Below, in pieces: positions 58,984 through 64,000 of a stretch of 64,000 bases of DNA. Source of the stretch: Macrostomum lignano (lineage: Eukaryota). The DNA lies in the NCBI GenBank assembly GCA_002269645.1, contig NIVC01001545.1, positions 124,001 through 188,000 of the forward strand, given 5' to 3'. The translations under genes were made by a program, and so were the position numbers. The notes beneath the pieces were generated by a model that saw only the letters and a program-made list of their open reading frames with translations, had not been told where the DNA came from and made no database searches. Position 1 is the stretch's first letter. Every line of letters begins with the position of its first letter.

Positions 58984-60859
58984 AAACCTCAGGTAGTGCT
59001 AGCTAGGCAGTGCCGAGCTGCTCAGCCTCTGCCCCAAGATGAAGCTCGCCGTCTCCAAGCCCAGCTGATGCGCAAATTCGATTCGATAGCTGCATCATCA
59101 TGAAAGTCTGCAGACTCCTCATCGGCGCTGTTCGACACTGTTGCAGCTGTGGGCGCCGGCGCAGACGGCGGCGTGGGCGTTGCCGGCGGCCAGCTGCTGG
59201 AGGAGCTGCTCCGCTTTGCTGACACGAAGCTGCTGTGCACCAGCCTGATGCACTCTCAACCGCTGCGGCTTGCCCTGCTGTGCCGGTGTCCGCGCGGCAA
59301 CCGGGTGTTTGAGGCCTGTTTGAGCAGCTCCACTGTGCCAGCCGACATCAAGCTGGGCCTGTGCGATCGGCTGCTGGTGAGCTGCGGACTGTTGCCCTTG
59401 CTTTTATTGTATCAGCAATTCTGCTTATTGGCTGTGTGGGAGAAATCTGTTTTTGTTTTAATGCTGTTAAAGTTAAAGCCGGTGCGTTTCTTAGAATCGC
59501 CCTCAGCCTCATTCTTAGAATCGTCTTAGAATCTCATTCTCAGAATCTCGTATCTCATTCTCAGAATCTTGTATCTCATTCTCTGAATCTTGTATCTCAT
59601 TCTCAGAATCTTCTATCTCATTCTCAGAATCTTGTATCTCATTCTTAGAATCTTGTATCTCATTCTTAGAATCTAGTATCTCTTTCTTAGAATCTTGTAT
59701 CTCATTCTTAGAATCTCCCTGTATCTCATTCTCTGAATCTTGTATCTCATTCTTAGAATCTTGTATCTCATTCTTAGAATCTAGTATCTCTTTCTTAGAA
59801 TCTAGTATCTCTTTCTTAGAATCTCCCTGTATCTCATTCTTAGAATCTCATTCAATCTCATTCTTAGAATCGCCCATAGTCTGATTCTTAGAATCGCCCA
59901 TAGTCTGATTCTTAGAATCGCCCTCAGTCTGATTCTTAGAATCGCCTTCAGTCTGATTCTTAGATCGCCTTCAGTCTGATTCTTAGATCGCCTTCAGTCT
60001 GATTCTTAGAATCGCCCATAGTCTGATTCTTAGAATCGCCCTCAGTCTGATTCTTAGAATCGCCTTCAGTCTGATTCTTAGAATCGCCCTCAGTCTGATT
60101 CTTAGAATCGCCTTCAGTCTGATTCTAAGATTGGCCCTGTATCTCTGGGTGTTTAAGAGTCCACCAGGTCTTGTAGTCGAGCAGGAAAAAGTAATGAGCA
60201 ATAAAAGGCTCAAGTGATTTAATATTTACGCCTCCTAGACTGGTCCACCTTAAATTAATAAACTCTAAAGTTTATGTCTAAAGTTTATATTATAACAAAC
60301 ATCTTTGCGTTACTGATGCAATATTGCGTGTAAAAAGTAAAAAAAATACTAAGCGTTTATTAAGTATCCTACTTACAGTAGAAATATAAGAAAAATATTT
60401 TTAAAAGCCGTCTTAGCTCAAGAAATGCCTGATATGTTAAATTCGAAAAAAATCAATCCCCAGGACAACCTGGCGGAGCTGAGCTGCGACAAGCACGGCA
60501 GCCGAGTTCTGGACGCCTTCTGGGCTGTCGGCGATCACCGGCTGCGCGAACGCGTGGCCCGCCAGCTGGCCGCCGGCGGCCGGGCAGCGCTGGAGCGGCT
60601 GCGGCTTGACCGGTTCGGCAGATTCGCCTGCCAGAAATTTGCACCCGAGCTGCTGGCTGCCCGGCCAGGAGACTGGAAGCGGCTGCAGCAGCGGCTGGAC
60701 GAGGCCCAGAAGCAAAAGCAGAAACAGCAGGACCAGCCAAAGCGTCCCCGCGAAGATGTAACAGCTGCGGAAGCAGAAGACAGTCAGCAGCCGAAGTCTA
60801 AAAGGCGACATAAAATGTGGCCAAAGAAGCAGAAAAAACCGCCTGCCAAGAGCCAGTAG
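52220..60859 (+). CDS. NOP9: NOP9-like Pumilio-repeat nucleolar protein, 8 exons: 52220-52358, 52426-52692, 53385-53633, 55064-55183, 55835-55997, 57294-57585, 58993-59376, 60464-60859
   Basis: All introns are GT-AG and phase-compatible. Motifs include LAQNQTGSRLAESLI, DRFAHRVLQT, HPYACHTLRS, LALHPSANFVLQRL, GNRVFEACLSSSTV and LSCDKHGSRVLDAFW. One in-frame TGA at 59101. An alternative ATG lies at 52160. Confidence 0.88.
52755..53310. repeat. ~28-32 bp minisatellite (cagcctcccagatcctcagttgctgggc) in NOP9 intron 2
   Basis: Direct inspection. Confidence 0.92.
53764..54962. repeat. 27-bp G-rich minisatellite (gggtagggtgtgatggggtagataaat), ~44 copies, NOP9 intron 3
   Basis: Direct inspection. 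Confidence 0.95.
55285..55650. repeat. 32-bp minisatellite (gaagtgagtcattaatgggtcatttattctct), NOP9 intron 4
   Basis: Direct inspection. Confidence 0.9.
56050..57235. repeat. 30-bp minisatellite (ggtgtgagattttgaatcaaataaactaca), ~38 copies, NOP9 intron 5
   Basis: Direct inspection. Confidence 0.95.
58160..58740. repeat. 20/21-bp minisatellite (ggttgtagcctagtggg[g]) directly upstream of a SINE, NOP9 intron 6
   Basis: Direct inspection. The unit equals the SINE 5' end. Confidence 0.92.
58741..58982 (+). mobile_element. tRNA-derived SINE with a V/Nin-like central domain and an (ATT)n tail
   Basis: A box TAGCTAGTGG (58746), B box GGTTCGATTC (58789), then gtgtctttgagcaagacact and cactcggctgtaaaatgggtgcc, then (ATT)n. 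Confidence 0.75.
59530..60125. repeat. Two adjacent related minisatellites (21-bp ttagaatcttgtatctcattc; 24-bp ttagaatcgccttcagtctgattc), NOP9 intron 7
   Basis: Direct inspection. Confidence 0.9.
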
Positions 60860-61079
60860 TCTGGATAGCCAGTTGACTCCTGTCTCTGTGGCGCAGTTTT
60901 GGTTGCCAATATGAAATACAATACACCAGTTTGAAAGGCCCACTGCCTGCTGCATTTTTATTGTTTGTGCAGATTGACAAATTCTTTATGGAATCCCTTG
61001 CTGTGTTCGTGCGCCTTGTCTTCTTGCCTTCTAGCAGCAGGCTCCCTGCTCCCCATCAGCAGTCTCAGTAGTAGGGGAA

Positions 61080-61590
61080 ATGTGGACTCTGCCGCAGGAA
61101 TTTCCGTGGGAAAACCACGGGCCTATAGTGTGTAAACATAGCGCCTATGTAAATGCATTGGTGGACTCTGCCGCAGGGAAAGCCACGGAATTTCCATGGG
61201 GGGGGTCGGAGAGCGAAATATACGGGCTTTTCATATTACCGATTCCAGAACCAGAATCGGTTCGAAGCTTTTCATATTGTCTGTTCCGTCTTCATAGTCG
61301 GTTCCAGAACCGTGATCCGATTCTGGAATTCGGTTCGAGAAATTTTCTCGATCTTTTGTCATATTTCTATAGAAACGAAAGGACGAATTTGAAATAACAT
61401 TTCAAACATTTCAAAAAGAATACTAGTTTCTAGATTTTAGATAGACATGTTTTTATCCTTTAAGAAGTAGACAAAAATAGAATAGAAAAATTCGACGCTT
61501 TTCATTTTCCTACTCGATCTTCAATGAAAAGCCGAATAGAGCTCTATGTAAATGGATTGGTGGACTCTGCCGCCGGGGAAAGCAGCATAA
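61080..61590. repeat. Three spaced copies of gtggactctgccgc; two are preceded by ctatgtaaatg(c/g)attg
   Basis: Copies near 61082, 61162 and 61560. Possibly subterminal repeats of a DNA transposon. Confidence 0.55.
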
Positions 61591-62166
61591 GTTCCTGGGA
61601 AGCCCAAAACTGATTCTCTAAAAATAGTAAAAAACTTCTCTAGTGTACATTAGCCATAGTTAATTGAGAATTGGGTGAACCTGGCTTCCGATCTCCACAA
61701 TATTTAAACTTTGTTGGCAGTGGGAATACATAGGCCTATGTTCATGAGTTCCTCCGCACTTTTTTACGAGTCTCGCAAATTGGACTGAATTTGTTGTGAA
61801 AGTGAGCTTGCAAAGAGCCGTTTATTGCCTTGTTATGGTGTTTTCTTGATACTGCTGATTTGGCCGCGGGGAAGTGGGGTGCAGGTCTGGGGTGGAGGTC
61901 TTTAAAACTAACTGATGCACGCGACGGGGGGAATGTTATCAGTTTTATTATTATTATCGTTCAATAACGGTAAGAAAATAATTAGTGCATACACATATGT
62001 AACGTGTAAACGTATCTGTGTGTGTGTATATAGGCGATATTGCCTGGTGATTTGGATATAAGGACTGAAAAATTCTACTGAGCCATTAAAAATAGATTTT
62101 GTTGATATTTAAACGGACTTCGAAATTTCAAATTTTCACAAAAAACCCTTGATTAAATTTTAAACC

Positions 62167-63708
62167 ATGAGCCATTCTCGGTGCCCATCCTACGTTCATG
62201 AGGTGTGTGTCACCTGCAATATTAGTATGCTCGGTGGACTAAAGCACCATGTAGCGAATGAAGGCTGCAGTGTCACCTGATGGCTACTATGCCATGAATG
62301 CCAGTCCGTTGAGCTCTTCACCGTTAGAGGCCAAATCAAAAGGCATAAAAATCATTCGACTGTTAATTGGAGCTCTGCTGAAGACCGCGAGCAGGCACGC
62401 ATTACTGCTCTGGAAGTTGCACGTCAAGAGGAACGCAACAGGGCGGCAGAACGCATTCGAGAGCCGGTGAGCACTTTGAGTCAAGTTATCACAAGCTTAT
62501 GCGGCCGAGTAACGAACACTGGTGACCAGCCCAACGCCCAGCCTGCTGCTGCTTCTGCTGCTCTACTCGACGGTGATGTCGGAGCTCCCCTGCTTGATGC
62601 TGCTGATGGAGGTGGCACCCCTGACTTCGAGCTGAATGTGCTGGACACCGCTTTCTTCGAGAACCTCGATGGTGAGCCTGAAGCACAGGAGCAGCAAGAA
62701 ATGCAACAGCAGCAGCAGCGGCGTGCAATCCCTGTTCCCGGAAAAAATATGGAGCGTGCCAGGATGCTGGCAGAAGTCAGCCTGTCCGACATGATTCGCG
62801 ATATGGACTCGGGCCCTGCGCCTCCACCACCGCCACCACCGACTGAGGTTCAGCCTGCGGTCGAAGTCAGCCTGTCCGACGTGATTCGCGATATGGACTC
62901 GGGCCCTGCGCCTCCACCACCGCCACCACCGACTGAGGTTCAGCCTGCGGTCGAAGTCAGCCTGTCCGACGTGATTCGCGATATGGACTCGGGCCCTGCG
63001 CCTCCACCACCGCCACCACCGACTGAGGTTCAGCCTGCGGTCGAAGTCAGCCTGTCCGACGTGATTCGCGATATGGACTCGGGCCCTGCGCCTCCACCAC
63101 CGCCACCACCGACTGAGGTTCAGCCTGCGGTCGAAGTCAGCCTGTCCGACGTGATTCGCGATATGGACTCGGGCCCTGCGCCTCCACCACCGCCACCACC
63201 GACTGAGGTTCAGCCTGCGGTCGAAGTCAGCCTGTCCGACGTGATTCGCGATATGGACTCGGGCCCTGCGCCTCCACCACCGCCACCACCGACTGAGGTT
63301 CAGCCTGCGGTCGAAGTCAGCCTGTCCGACGTGATTCGCGATATGGACTCGGGCCCTGCGCCTCCACCACCGCCACCACCGACTGAGGTTCAGCCTGCGG
63401 TCGAAGTCAGCCTGTCCGACGTGATTCGCGATATGGACTCGGGCCCTGCGCCTCCACCACCGCCACCACCGACTGAGGTTCAGCCTGCGGTCGAAGTCAG
63501 CCTGTCCGACGTGATTCGCGATATGGACTCGGGCCCTGCGCCTCCACCACCGCCACCACCGACTGAGGTTCAGCCTGCGGCCGCTAATGAAGTGCAGCAG
63601 CCAGCACCTCTCTGCATCCAGCTGGTTCTGCCCAACAGTGTTACGGGTGAATATTGGATTGACTTGGGAGGGGCTTTCCGTATTCGCCTGAGCAATTCTC
63701 AATTCTAA
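62167..63708 (+). pseudogene. Cys/His (zinc-finger-like) N-terminus plus 9 x 90-bp poly-proline repeat protein; one in-frame TGA at 62278
   Basis: ATG 62167 is in frame with the 413-aa ORF: MSHSRCPSYVHEVCVTCNISMLGGLKHHVANEGCSVT*WLLCHECQSVELFTVRGQIKRHKNH... followed by (VSLSDVIRDMDSGPAPPPPPPPTEVQPAVE) x 9. Confidence 0.6.
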
Positions 63709-64000
63709 ACTAATAACTCTAATGTACCAGTCGTTAAATATTAAATTAGCAAACATTCTGTGTTGAATTAAATTGCGAGATGATTATCCGTATATTGAAA
63801 AAGTGAATAATGTTTATTTTTCTTTTCAACATCTCATTGCTATTTTTAAAGTTCATATTTATGCACGCAGTGCGCGTTGATCAATTGCAAGCTGTGCTTG
63901 GGTGTGAATGCAGAATGGGTTTGATTCTGGTTGGGTTTGTAATCTCCTTCTTTAACTTGTGCTTCTAATAATGTAGCGTATCATTGCATTTTTAAAATAT

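Overview
Eukaryotic, repeat-rich invertebrate DNA with spliceosomal introns and no prokaryotic features. The style (GC-rich compact genes, a different minisatellite in almost every intron, RTE-like LINEs) suggests a flatworm such as Macrostomum, but that is inference. Host genes: an intronless SID-1 family dsRNA channel (13084-15471, -), two convergent secreted PAN-domain lectins (C-type and LamG-type, 25677-28370), an 8-exon NOP9-like Pumilio gene (52220-60859, +) with one in-frame stop, a candidate RFamide neuropeptide precursor (19028-19263) and a zinc-finger/poly-proline repeat ORF (62167-63708). Mobile DNA dominates. A CACTA/EnSpm-like arm carrying CIDE-N-like and SAMD3-like coding sequence abuts a Gypsy integrase. 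A young LTR retrotransposon (29915-45319, -) has a perfect tRNA-Leu PBS, gag and protease but no RT or integrase, plus a 385-aa orphan ORF. An RTE-like LINE inserted in its 3' LTR has a 69 x 17-bp array at its 5' end, inside the target-site duplication. Also present: two TIR elements with 8-bp TSDs, a tRNA-SINE whose A-box is amplified into an array, and several decayed TE fragments. All domain calls come from motif recognition by eye, not from database searches.
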